64,000 nucleotides of DNA from the NCBI RefSeq assembly GCF_004010195.1, contig NC_057725.1:55761312-55825311 (forward strand), written 5' to 3'. Made by a program: the position numbers and the translations under genes. This document shows positions 51,013 to 63,054 of the stretch, piece by piece. Position 1 is the stretch's first letter. Every line of letters begins with the position of its first letter. The notes beneath the pieces are model-generated. The model ran no database searches and was not told the origin of the DNA. It worked only from the letters and a program-made list of their open reading frames with translations. This stretch comes from Chiloscyllium plagiosum (lineage: Eukaryota).

Positions 51013-54000
51013 ATTCTGGATCTATTAAAGTGATCACATTCTGTCTAACTCTTCACTGGCTCTCCTTCACCTTTACTGTTTTATTTCATCAGCGTTGTTG
51101 TCTAGATCCAGGGAACTGTAACGTCCTGCTCTCCCACCATCATCTTTATGCATGAGAAGACAAATCATCTGTCAAGGGGGAATCCATTGTATGCACATCC
51201 AGTTTTATTCTGGTTTAGAGATCAAAGCCATAATATTGTGACAAGGCCACTTTTTATGTTTTAAATTTTTAATGACTGGCTAGCTAATTGTTTTCTGAAT
51301 TGGATTTTAGCCTGCAGTTATTTTTAGGGTTATTAACTCTTGCATGAGAAGGAATGACTCATGAGAAATGCAGTTCTACCAGAGTTCTGTCTATTGACTG
51401 TTTGGGAGGTTCCTGTGTTTATTGTTCATTTATAGTTCTTCCCCAAAGAAAAATATTTGTCTGTGACATCTGGCCCTCCGCTTCGCCAATACTCCTCGAT
51501 CTGAAGACTTGCTAAGCGAGATACATAATCCTTCCTGAAATTGCTTATCTTTTGAGCTGAAGATACCCAAATCAAAGGTTCAAACATATAAAATTGCCAA
51601 CATGCCCCAAGCAGTGCTGGAATCATGCTGGATGTTAGAATGATGTTGTCCTTTTGTGTTCTTAAAAATAGTTGGAGTGGAATCAGTTTGTGTTTTTCTT
51701 TTCATAGTATCCTCTGTAAAATGTGGGAATTTGTGATATGAAGTAGAATGCTGTCAGGGCAGCAAAACAAATGATGGCTACCAGAATTCACCCTCATAAA
51801 TAGGCTACTAAGCTATTTTTAACCATGAGTTGTGGTTAGCACAACAGTCATGGGATGGTATTGAGACGATGGAAGCAAAAGGACTTCTCTTTTTTTAAAA
51901 AAAACTCTTTTGATCCTAAACTGAGAATATTAGGATCACCATTCCTTTTAGCATGGCATTACTTGAAATCTAGCAGGCAATCTCCTCCTTTCTCTCTTGC
52001 TTTTTTTTCCTCTATAAAGCTAGAATGTACCAGTTATTAGTTACTGCTGCCACTATATTTCAAATTTGAACCTTTTTCTCCCCTAAGTCTCACTAAACCG
52101 GAAGGAAGGAATCAGGAGAGTAGGGCTGGTTCTTGGTACTGGAAGGTAACGTACGTTGCAGTTTCACTGCTTTCCAATAAGAGATTTGCAATCTCCCGTG
52201 TGTGTGTGTGTGTTTACCTTGATTAAGAAGGTATTTGCTGTTCAAATTTCTATAGCTGCTGTTACTAATTAAAAGAGATCTATGCATTGGTGCCAGCATT
52301 GACTCATGCAGTTACAAAGTCAATGGTCATTCTGTCACGTGGTCAACTGTGGGTTTTTCCATACTGCCAACACTGCTGTGGATTGCGGGATAATGTGCTG
52401 CTGCCTGTGGGGAAGCTCACTGCTCTAAATGTTTCAATGTGGGTGAAGGCATTCTGCTGGCTCTCTTTGACCATTGCTCCTATCTGGGTATTGCCGCATC
52501 TCATGCCAGTGTCCCAGTGGTTTAGAATTAACTCCCAAGCTTACCAGCTGGTACAAAACTCTCATTGAAATGAAAGGGGATGCAGGTGACTCTATTACTT
52601 AGTGGTGTCATCCCAAAAAGCTGTTCCCACTACAGCTTATACTTGTATAGCACTCTTGTTTTTAAAACAGCCAGACAGCCTGAGAAGAAAGTTGGACAGG
52701 TGTTCAAAAGTTTGGTTGAATCCGATTTTAAGGGGTGTAGGAAATGCCAGAGTTTCTAGTCCAAACATTTGAAAGTGTCACATCCTGTGATGGAACAAAT
52801 GGAAACAAAAGCTGCACTGGGGGCCAGAATTGGAGAATGCATCACTTAGATAGTTGTAATTCTGGAGGGGATTACAAAGATTGGGTTGGCCAATGAGGAA
52901 TTTTAAAAATGAGGATGGGAAGGTCAAAATGAGGCATTTGGGTAACAGCAGTCAATGAAAGTCAGCAGGTATGAAATTGATGGGTGAATGAATACTTTGT
53001 TCAACCATGGAGGAGGGTGGTGTGGTTAATCATGTTAAAGGTTGTAGGAAGATCAAGAAGAATGAGGATGGATGGTTCACTCTGATCTCAGCCATACTCA
53101 ATGGACAGAAATCTGACTGGACTGGTTCAAAAACATGGGAAAGTTATGCAAAGCAGTGGGATATGTTAGCATATTCCTTTCAAGAGGCCATCAAATAGGT
53201 GGTCGGTAAGAGGAGGATCAATGATGTGGTTTTTGGGGAGCATACAATGATGGCAAATTTGAAGAGCAATTTTGTAGGGCTTGGTCAGTTCTGTATTATC
53301 ACCAGCATGAAATCTTCTCATTTAGAGCCACAAGGGGCTGGGAAATCCACAGCTGATGAATGACCATGATATCTAGTCTGTCAGCTGTCTGGCTTCAGAA
53401 CAAATTAATTGAAACCTGGAAGGTTTCCAATGAACTGTGAATCATTAGATGTCTCAAAGCAGATTGGCTCCGACTCTGTATTATGAGGCTGACCATAGCT
53501 CATATAGGATTTTATCAATTCAGCTTTGATCAGAGAGACGCTGTGTGTACGTGTTACCTTGCAAGGTTGAATGGATGTCAGTCCTGGAGAATGGAGTATT
53601 TGTGCACATAGGCAGCTGGTTGTAACATTGTTTCCCTGGGGAGAGGTGTGGCACTCTCAAATGTTGTGTATAGTTCCACTCTGTTTCAACAGCTACTCTA
53701 CTTGAACGAAGTCTTTGAGTGCAATTTTACCTCCTTTGCCTGTCATGCAACAGGCAAAGGATCCGGTGCAATGAACGCATTATATTCCATCTCATCTTTG
53801 GTATAAGCTTTGGTAAAAGGGCTTTTACTAAATATTTTATTGCACTTCAGCCCCCTACACTGGGCCCCATGGTACTCAAAAGGGCAGACAGATTGGCCAA
53901 CTTCCTTGCGATTACACCTCACTGGTGTAGCCTGCTGGAAATCAATCCCCTATGTTCCCAGAGTTGTGACAAGTTTTAAATATTTAAAACCATGCAGAAT

Positions 54001-54589
54001 TCCACAGCTCACCTGACTTTTAGACCCAGGTCAACAATGTACAGACCAGGTTACTGTGATTAATTAAATTTGCGTTATTACATAGATTTTATCGATAGAT
54101 AAACTATTCTGAACCATTGTATTACAATTCCACTTGTTAATATTCACATACACCCACAAAGCAAAATGCATGTTATGGGCAGAGGGAAGGTCTAGAAAGG
54201 TAGTTCAGTGATCCCTATTCACAGGGTACACTAGGATGGCCTTTCTGGCATGACACTTGCTCAGTGATTATTCTCCTCCAGCTGTTTTTACCTGCCAGAG
54301 GTACAATGTGCCTGGGTTACACGTGTAACCTCTCTGGCTTGCCAGTTAAAAGCCAAAGCTTACATTTAACCGCTGCTGGGAAAGTCAGCTGGTTTACTTC
54401 AGCCTTAAGTTGATATCTACTTCTGAGAGAAGGGACAGCTCCTGACCTTGCACCCATGCCCGGATACCCTTGGAAAGCTTGCTCATGTTGTCTGCAGGTA
54501 CCCTTCAAGTCTGTCCCCACTTTATAAAATTACACTTTTATTTAATGTGTATGTTTCCTTTTGGAATTTTGTTGTAGTACCCCTAAAGG

Positions 54590-54770
54590 GGCTGTCTTCC
54601 CTAATTTTTAAAATCGCACAACACCAGATTATATTCCAACAGGTTTACTTGGAAGCATTGGCTTTTGGAGCACTGCTCCTTTGTGTGAAGCTATAAATGT
54701 TTTGCTCTAAGTTCTGTGTCTTATAATCCTGTTTCACAGCTTCACACTGGCATCTTCACATCATGCCCTA
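54590..54770. mobile_element. Degenerate family B element
   Basis: CACAACACCAGATTATATTCCAACAGGTTTA...GGAGCACTGCTCC. Confidence 0.6.
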
Positions 54771-55034
54771 AATTTTGATAGAATGTTGTTTATTTAAAGT
54801 AGTAGAATAAAATTGGATGAGTGTTCTTTTAAATAGACAATCTGCCAAGTTCACCTTTGCTGAGAGGTGGTCACTTTTTTTTATTGGTTTGTGCCGATTT
54901 AAGAGTAACTTTGTTCAAAGCTTGTGCGAAGATTTGTAGCTCGGGTGCTCGTTGTTGTGGTTCTTGCTGATTTAAGAGTAACTTTGTCCTGTGGGTTTGT
55001 TTCTGCTAGGAACTGAGCTAGCATTGCTCAAAAG

Positions 55035-56272
55035 ACCTGATCTATATGGACTTCAGTAAGACATTCGACAACATTCCCAAAGGAAGACTGGTTAGCAAAG
55101 TTAGATCTCATGGAATACAGGGAGAACTAGCCATTTGGATACAGAACTGGCTCAGCTAGCCATAAGGATTGGTGCTGGGTCCACTACTTTTCGCCATTCA
55201 TACAAATGATTTGGATGTGAACATAGGAAGTATAGTTACTAAGATTGGAAGTGTAGTGGACAGTGAAGAAAGTTACCTTCGAGTACAATGGGGTCTTGAT
55301 CAGATGGGCCTAATTCTAAGGAATTGTGAAAATCTAAGTGATTGCATCCATTATCTCAACAAAGATAGCTATAGAAGTGCTACACTACAAGCTATCTGAT
55401 CTGAGATTTACATATCTTGGTCCCATTCATTTCCCCAGAATTCTATTTCTAACATTGTTTCCTCGAAGGTTCTTATCCTCACTAGATTCTTGATTCTTCA
55501 TTATTTCTGGTATTTTCTAGCATCCTAATTATGCACCTTTGTCAGAATTATAACAGGAATTGCATCAACTGCTGGTGTCACCTTGGTTGAAGTGCATCCC
55601 AGAATTTAACTTTATGAACTACTGCAGTTTCTTGTCTTTCGAAGGTTGCTTTCAATTGTTTAGGGGGGAAAAAAGAACCTGACGATGACTAGTCCTGTAT
55701 GCAGATGACTTGGAGGTCATTTGGCATGTTGCAGCTGTATTGGTGAGGCCACTTTTGGAATATGGCGTGCGATTCTGGTCTCCTTCCTATAGGAAGGATG
55801 TTGTGGAAAAACAAAAGATTCACAAGGATTTTGTCAGGGTTGGAGGATTTGAGCTAATTGGGAGAAGCTGAATAGGTTGGGGCTGTTTCCTGTGGAGCAT
55901 CGGTGCTGAGGGGTGACCTTATAGAGGCTTATAAAATCATGAGGGGCATGAATAAGATAAATAGTCTTTTCCCTGGGGTGGGGGAGTCCAGAACTAGAGG
56001 GCATAGGTTTAGGATGAGGGGAAAGATGTAAAAGGGACCTAATGGGCCACTTTTTCTTGCAGAGAGTGGTGCATATATGGAATGAGCTGTCAGAGGAAGT
56101 GGTGGAGGCTGGTACAATTACAACATTTATAAGGCATCTCAGATGGGTTTATGAATGTCGAGGGATATGGGCCAAGTGCTGGCAAATGGGACTAAATTAG
56201 GTGAGGTTATCTGGTCAGCATGGACGAATTGGACCAAAGGGTCTGTTTCCGTGCTGTACATCTCTGACTCTA
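55035..56272 (+). mobile_element. CR1 fragments (RT piece ~55035-55310; 3' end ~55725-56272)
   Basis: VLGPLLFAIHTNDLD, RGDLIEAYKIM, TRGH and a CR1 tail. Confidence 0.85.
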
Positions 56273-57801
56273 TTTGTCAAATACACTCTATACCATGAAG
56301 ACAGATACAAGATATTTGTTTCCTTTGCCGTTTCCTTTATTCTCCTGCCTGTAAGGAGCCCCTAGTTCCTCTCATTGGTTTTGCCTTTATCAATAACTGA
56401 AGTATATTGTAGCAACCATGTTTCACTTACCTGCTCAATAAATCAGTTTAACCAACACAAATTCTGGAAAATGATTTATGAAGATGTTATTGAGCAATAG
56501 GACTTGATACTCCACCCCACTTGCAGGGATGTGTCATGGATTCTCTATTTAACGTCAGAGTCTCATTTGTATTTACCAAGGTACAGGACAGATAGGTACC
56601 ACTCTGAGTGGCACAACACATCAAGGCGGCTTGTATGTTTACCTTTTGCCTTCTAGTAAAGTTTTCTGGAGACATTTTTGGTAGCCTTGGAGAAGACGTG
56701 ATGGTGAACTGGTCAGCAGATGCTTCAGATAACAGTCGTTTGTGCTGTTTCCACTTGAACGGGTCAAAAGGATCTCCTCAGTTAATTGTTAAAATTGAAA
56801 ATGTTCAAACTTGGCACAGAAGCAATGACCAACAGAACCTGCTTAACAGGAGCAGTAGCAAACAGAATTTGATATCCTAGCCAGCTGTGATATTGGGCAA
56901 GGTGATGAAAAGCACTGTAAAAAGGAGGTCTTAAGGAATATCTTAATGGCAGTTAGGGAGGGAATTCCAAAATGAAGGCCTTGGTAGCTGAAAACATGGC
57001 CACTGATGGTCGAGTTAGGTACTCCAAAAATAGACAATTATGGAGAGCTTGAGTAGCTCGGTTAGAGGAGATTATTGCAGGGGTGAGGCCATATAAAGAG
57101 GATATGAACGTAAGAATGAGAATAAATGTGTGGGCAGGGGTGGCTGATGAATAGGATTTGGTGCAAGTTGGAATATAGTTAATATAACTTTTGGATCGAC
57201 ACAATATAGGAGGTTGTCCAGGAGTACATGGAATAGTCTATTCTTGAGCGCTCAAGGGTTGGGTGTGGGCTGCAGTTGGAGATGAGCGAAGGCATGGAAT
57301 TCAGCAAGATGAAGGAGGGGGGTGTAAGCAGAGTTAGAATTGTCAGTTGTAAAAACTGATTGAGAATTTATATTTTGACTCCGATGATCTTAGAGTGAAT
57401 GACTTCCTTCCTTTCGGGACTTATGGGTGACTGAAGAGTCTAATATTAGGTCTGTGCACCTTGCCACAAATGTTTGAAGTGCTCAGTGGGTGGGTTTTCA
57501 CATGCTTCTTCCACTGTTTGCATATGGTCGCCACTTGCCCCTACTGGATGTTCTCTGGTTGGCAGCTTTTTTTTTGTTTTGTTCCAGTTTGTCTGATTGA
57601 ACATGAGACCAAGTTTGCAAACAGTCAAATTCCACCTCACCATGCCAAGTAGAGAGATGAAGTTGGTGGCTCAGAAACAGATTGGGAACTGAAGACCAAG
57701 GCTTTGGTCGTTTTAAAATATATCGAGAAAATTTCTGCTTGAGGGCTGGATATTTGACAAGTAGTCTGACAGTAGAAGAGTTGAAAAAGGTACTATCAAA
57801 G

Positions 57802-57958
57802 GAGAGTCGAAGGTGTGTAGCTGGAAAAGCACAATAGGTCAGGCTTTTGCCCGAAATGTTGATTCTCCTGCTCTTCGGATGCTGTCTGACCTGCTGTGTT
57901 TTTGCAGCACCACACTCTCGATTCTGATCTCCAGCATCTGCAGTCCTCACTTTTGCAG
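57802..57958. mobile_element. Family A element (duplicated at 60229-60385)
   Basis: Flanking repeats CTATCAAAGGAGAG and CTATCAAAAGAGAG; the 5' half of the core is missing. Confidence 0.75.
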
Positions 57959-58188
57959 CTATCAAAAGAGAGCTGTCTCTTGTCACCATACAGATAGGAA
58001 CTGTTGTAAGGTGAAGTAAATGGGAAGCAAGGTGATGTAAATGAGGAGCAGTTTGTAGATAACACCAAGGATTAGATCCTTGAGGTATGGAGGTAATGCT
58101 GAGTGAAGGGTAAGAGAAGCCATTGCACTGATACTGGGTAGTTATGAATGGAACCAGATTTATGACTGTCTATCAGCTGGATGACAGT

Positions 58189-58943
58189 NNNNNNNNNNNN
58201 NNNNNNNNNNNNNNNNNNNNNNNNNNNNNNNNNNNNNNNNNNNNNNNNNNNNNNNNNNNNNNNNNNNNNNNNNNNNNNNNNNNNNNNNNNNNNNNNNNNN
58301 NNNNNNNNNNNNNNNNNNNNNNNNNNNNNNNNNNNNNNNNNNNNNNNNNNNNNNNNNNNNNNNNNNNNNNNNNNNNNNNNNNNNNNNNNNNNNNNNNNNN
58401 NNNNNNNNNNNNNNNNNNNNNNNNNNNNNNNNNNNNNNNNNNNNNNNNNNNNNNNNNNNNNNNNNNNNNNNNNNNNNNNNNNNNNNNNNNNNNNNNNNNN
58501 NNNNNNNNNNNNNNNNNNNNNNNNNNNNNNNNNNNNNNNNNNNNNNNNNNNNNNNNNNNNNNNNNNNNNNNNNNNNNNNNNNNNNNNNNNNNNNNNNNNN
58601 NNNNNNNNNNNNNNNNNNNNNNNNNNNNNNNNNNNNNNNNNNNNNNNNNNNNNNNNNNNNNNNNNNNNNNNNNNNNNNNNNNNNNNNNNNNNNNNNNNNN
58701 NNNNNNNNNNNNNNNNNNNNNNNNNNNNNNNNNNNNNNNNNNNNNNNNNNNNNNNNNNNNNNNNNNNNNNNNNNNNNNNNNNNNNNNNNNNNNNNNNNNN
58801 NNNNNNNNNNNNNNNNNNNNNNNNNNNNNNNNNNNNNNNNNNNNNNNNNNNNNNNNNNNNNNNNNNNNNNNNNNNNNNNNNNNNNNNNNNNNNNNNNNNN
58901 NNNNNNNNNNNNNNNNNNNNNNNNNNNNNNNNNNNNNNNNNNN
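58189..58943. other. Assembly gap (755 N)
   Basis: Run of N. Confidence 1.
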
Positions 58944-61334
58944 CCACTTGCAGGGATGTGTCATGGATTCTCTATTTAACGTCAGAGTCTCATTTGTATT
59001 TACCAAGGTACAGGACAGATAGGTACCACTCTGAGTGGCACAACACATCAAGGCGGCTTGTATGTTTACCTTTTGCCTTCTAGTAAAGTTTTCTGGAGAC
59101 ATTTTTGGTAGCCTTGGAGAAGAAGTGATGGTGAACTGGTCAGCAGATGCTTCAGATAACAGTCGTTTGTGCTGTTTCCACTTGAACGGGTCAAAAGGAT
59201 CTCCTCAGTTAATTGTTAAAATTGAAAATGTTCAAACTTGGCACAGAAGCAATGACCAACAGAACCTGCTTAACAGGAGAAGTAGCAAACAGAATTTGAT
59301 ATCCTAGCCAGCTGTGATATTGGGCAAGGTGATGAAAAGCACTGTAAAAAGGAGGTCTTAAGGAATATCTTAATGGCAGTTAGGGAGGGAATTCCAAAAT
59401 GAAGGCCTTGGTAGCTGAAAACATGGCCACTGATGGTCGAGTTAGGTACTCCAAAAATAGACAATTATGGAGAGCTTGAGTAGCTCGGTTAGAGGAGATT
59501 ATTGCAGGGGTGAGGCCATATAAAGAGGATATGAACGTAAGAATGAGAATAAATGTGTGGGCAGGGGTGGCTGATGAATAGGATTTGGTGCAAGTTGGAA
59601 TATAGTTAATATAACTTTTGGATCGACACAATATAGGAGGTTGTCCAGGAGTACATGGAATAGTCTATTCTTGAGCACTCAAGGGTTGGGTGTGGGCTGT
59701 AGCTGGAGATGAGCGAAGGCATGGAATTCAGCAAGATGAAGGAGGGGGGTGTAAGCAGAGTTAGCATTGTCAGTTGTAAAAACTGATTGAGAATTTATAT
59801 TTTGACTCCGATGATCTTAGAGTGAATGACTTCCTTCCTTTCGGGACTTATGGGTGACTGAAGAGTCTAATATTAGGTCTGTGCACCTTGCCACAAATGT
59901 TTGAAGTGCTCAGTGGGTGGGTTTTCACATGCTTCTTCCACTGTTTGCATATGGTCGCCACTTGCCCCTACTGGATGTTCTCTGGTTGGCAGCTTTTTTT
60001 TTGTTTTGTTCCAGTTTGTCTGATTGAACATGAGACCAAGTTTGCAAACAGTCAAATTCCACCTCACCATGCCAAGTAGAGAGATGAAGTTGGTGGCTCA
60101 GAAACAGATTGGGAACTGAAGACCAAGGCTTTGGTCGTTTTAAAATATATCGAGAAAATTTCTGCTTGAGGGCTGGATATTTGACAAGTAGTCTGACAGT
60201 AGAAGAGTTGAAAAAGGTACTATCAAAGGAGAGTCGAAGGTGTGTAGCTGGAAAAGCACAATAGGTCAGGCTTTTGCCCGAAATGTTGATTCTCCTGCTC
60301 TTCGGATGCTGTCTGACCTGCTGTGTTTTTGCAGCACCACACTCTCGATTCTGATCTCCAGCATCTGCAGTCCTCACTTTTGCAGCTATCAAAAGAGAGC
60401 TGTCTCTTGTCACCATACAGATAGGAACTGTTGTAAGGTGAAGTAAATGGGAAGCAAGGTGACGTAAATGAGGAGCAGCTTGTAGATAACACCAAGGATT
60501 AGATCCTTGAGGTATGGAGGTAATGCTGAGTGAGGGGTAAGAGAAGCCATTGCACTGATACTGGGTAGTTATGAATGGAACCAGATTTATGACTGTCTAT
60601 CAGCTGGATGACAGTGAAGAAATGACACTGGCGAATGGTGTGGCTCAAGCTTGCCAAACGTTACAGATAAGGTTGGATCGCTTACTTTTAATCACAGTCT
60701 TACCAGCATATAAATTGTGCCTGGGAGAGCTGGAATCAGTACTGTCAAAGATATTTGATTTGAGGAATGCAAATGTGGAGTTCTAACAAAAATGGGCACT
60801 GAATTGGGAGGCACTAGCATGCATTCAGGAAGCTGAGTGTTCCCCAGATGGATGTAATGATCTGGAGAGATTGTGGGGCCATGATTGGGTGATGGTGAGA
60901 GGCGAAAAGGTAGGACGGCAGTTGTTGCAACCTGATACTGTTCTTTGGGAGGAACAGAATGTCCCATTTTAATTTTATTCCATTTCTGTTTCATGCACAT
61001 ACGTCCTTACCACAGCAAAAACATTAGTTGAGTATCTTTTGAATCGTTATCATTACACTGCCCAATATGGTAAATATCTTGTTATAAGTGGTTATTGCAC
61101 CATGTTGTTGTCAGAATTGCTTTGCTAAGCTATCCAAGGTTACTAGCAAGGTTAAGGCAATCAGAACAGGACTGCTTATAATGCTGTTTACTCCATTCAA
61201 GAGTTTCCAGTCAGTATATATAGTCATTTCAAAATCAGTCCAACTTCTTCAGTCATATAATATTTACGCTCGGCTTGCCTGTGCTGCCAATTTCCAATCG
61301 GATCTCCAAGTGGCAAGGTAATGGTTACTTGGAT

Positions 61335-61834
61335 NNNNNNNNNNNNNNNNNNNNNNNNNNNNNNNNNNNNNNNNNNNNNNNNNNNNNNNNNNNNNNNNNN
61401 NNNNNNNNNNNNNNNNNNNNNNNNNNNNNNNNNNNNNNNNNNNNNNNNNNNNNNNNNNNNNNNNNNNNNNNNNNNNNNNNNNNNNNNNNNNNNNNNNNNN
61501 NNNNNNNNNNNNNNNNNNNNNNNNNNNNNNNNNNNNNNNNNNNNNNNNNNNNNNNNNNNNNNNNNNNNNNNNNNNNNNNNNNNNNNNNNNNNNNNNNNNN
61601 NNNNNNNNNNNNNNNNNNNNNNNNNNNNNNNNNNNNNNNNNNNNNNNNNNNNNNNNNNNNNNNNNNNNNNNNNNNNNNNNNNNNNNNNNNNNNNNNNNNN
61701 NNNNNNNNNNNNNNNNNNNNNNNNNNNNNNNNNNNNNNNNNNNNNNNNNNNNNNNNNNNNNNNNNNNNNNNNNNNNNNNNNNNNNNNNNNNNNNNNNNNN
61801 NNNNNNNNNNNNNNNNNNNNNNNNNNNNNNNNNN
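61335..61834. other. Assembly gap (500 N)
   Basis: Run of N. Confidence 1.
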
Positions 61835-61925
61835 TCCTCTTTCCAAGCTGCTTTAGGTCAGCAGTTTTTCAAGCACCAAACACAATAACACAGGTGTTTT
61901 GGATACGATAAAATGTGTAAGACTT

Positions 61926-63054
61926 AGTCATAGAACTGTACAGCATGGAAACTGAACCTTCAGTCCAATTCGTCCATGCCGACCAGATATTCTAAATAAA
62001 TCTAGTCCCATTGCCAACATCTGGCCCATGTACTTCTAAACCCTTCCTATTCATATACTCATCCAGATGCTTTTTAAATGTTCTAATTGTACCTGCACCA
62101 CTTCATCTGGCATCTCATTCCACACACGTACCACCCTCTGCATGAAAATGTTGTCCCTTGGGTCTCTTCTATATTTTTCCCCTCTCACCTTAAACATATG
62201 CCATTTAGTTTTGGATTCCTCTACCCTTGTCTAGGCACACTACCCATGCCCTTCATGATTCTATAAATCTCTATTGGGTCACCTCTCAGCCTCTGATGCC
62301 CTTAGGAAAACAGCCCCAGCCTACTCAGCCTCTTCCTGTAACTCAAACCCTCCAACCCTGGCAACATCCTTGTAAATCTTTTCTGAACTCTTTTTCACAT
62401 TTCATAACACCCTTCTTTTAGGAGGGAGACCAGAATTGAATACAGTATTCCAAAAGTGGCCAAACCAATGTCCTGTACAGCTGCAACATGACCTCCCAAC
62501 TCTGATACTCAGTGCTCTGACCAATAAAGGAAAGCATACTAAACACGCTCTTCACTATCCTATCTACCTGTGACTCCAATTTCAAGGAACCATGAACCTG
62601 CACTCCAATGTCTTTGTTCAGCAACACTCCCCAAGACATTGCCATGAAGTGTAGAAGTCCTGCCCTGATTTTGTCTTTCCAAAATACAGCACCTCGCATT
62701 TATTTAAATTAAACTCTATCTGCTACTCATTGGCCCATCTGATCAAGATCTTGTTATACTCTGAGGTAAACTTCTTGGCTGTACAATCCACCTCCAATTT
62801 TGGTGTCATCTGCAAACCTAACTATACCTCCTATGTTCACACCCATACCATTTATATAAATGACAAGCAGTGGACCCAGCACTGATCCTCATGACGCACC
62901 ACTGATCACAGGCCTCTTGTCTGAAAAGCAACCCTCCACCACTACCCTCTGTCTTCTACCTTTGAGCCAGTTCTGTATCCAAATGGTGAGTTCTCCCTCT
63001 ATTTCATGTGATCAAACCTTGCTAACCAGTCTACCATGAGGAACCTTGTTGAAC
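61926..63054 (-). mobile_element. 5'-truncated CR1 LINE, same family as 1153-3145; a second CR1 tail follows at ~63054-63120
   Basis: LYRTLVWPLLEYCIQFWSP and RT remnants; (ATAGAAC)n tail of another subfamily. Confidence 0.88.

Larger units (their letters stand above)
56517..60615 (+). repeat. 1672-bp near-identical direct duplication (56517-58188 and 58944-60615) flanking an N gap
   Basis: Offset 2427; about 9 substitutions counted by eye; both copies abut the gap. Confidence 0.95.

Noticed and set aside
56640-56780. Minus-strand exon (two open frames, donor AAG|gtaaac)
   Set aside because: Only a GAG acceptor is available, with stops just upstream.
58072-61911. ORFs of 170-310 aa
   Set aside because: They consist of N-gap translation.
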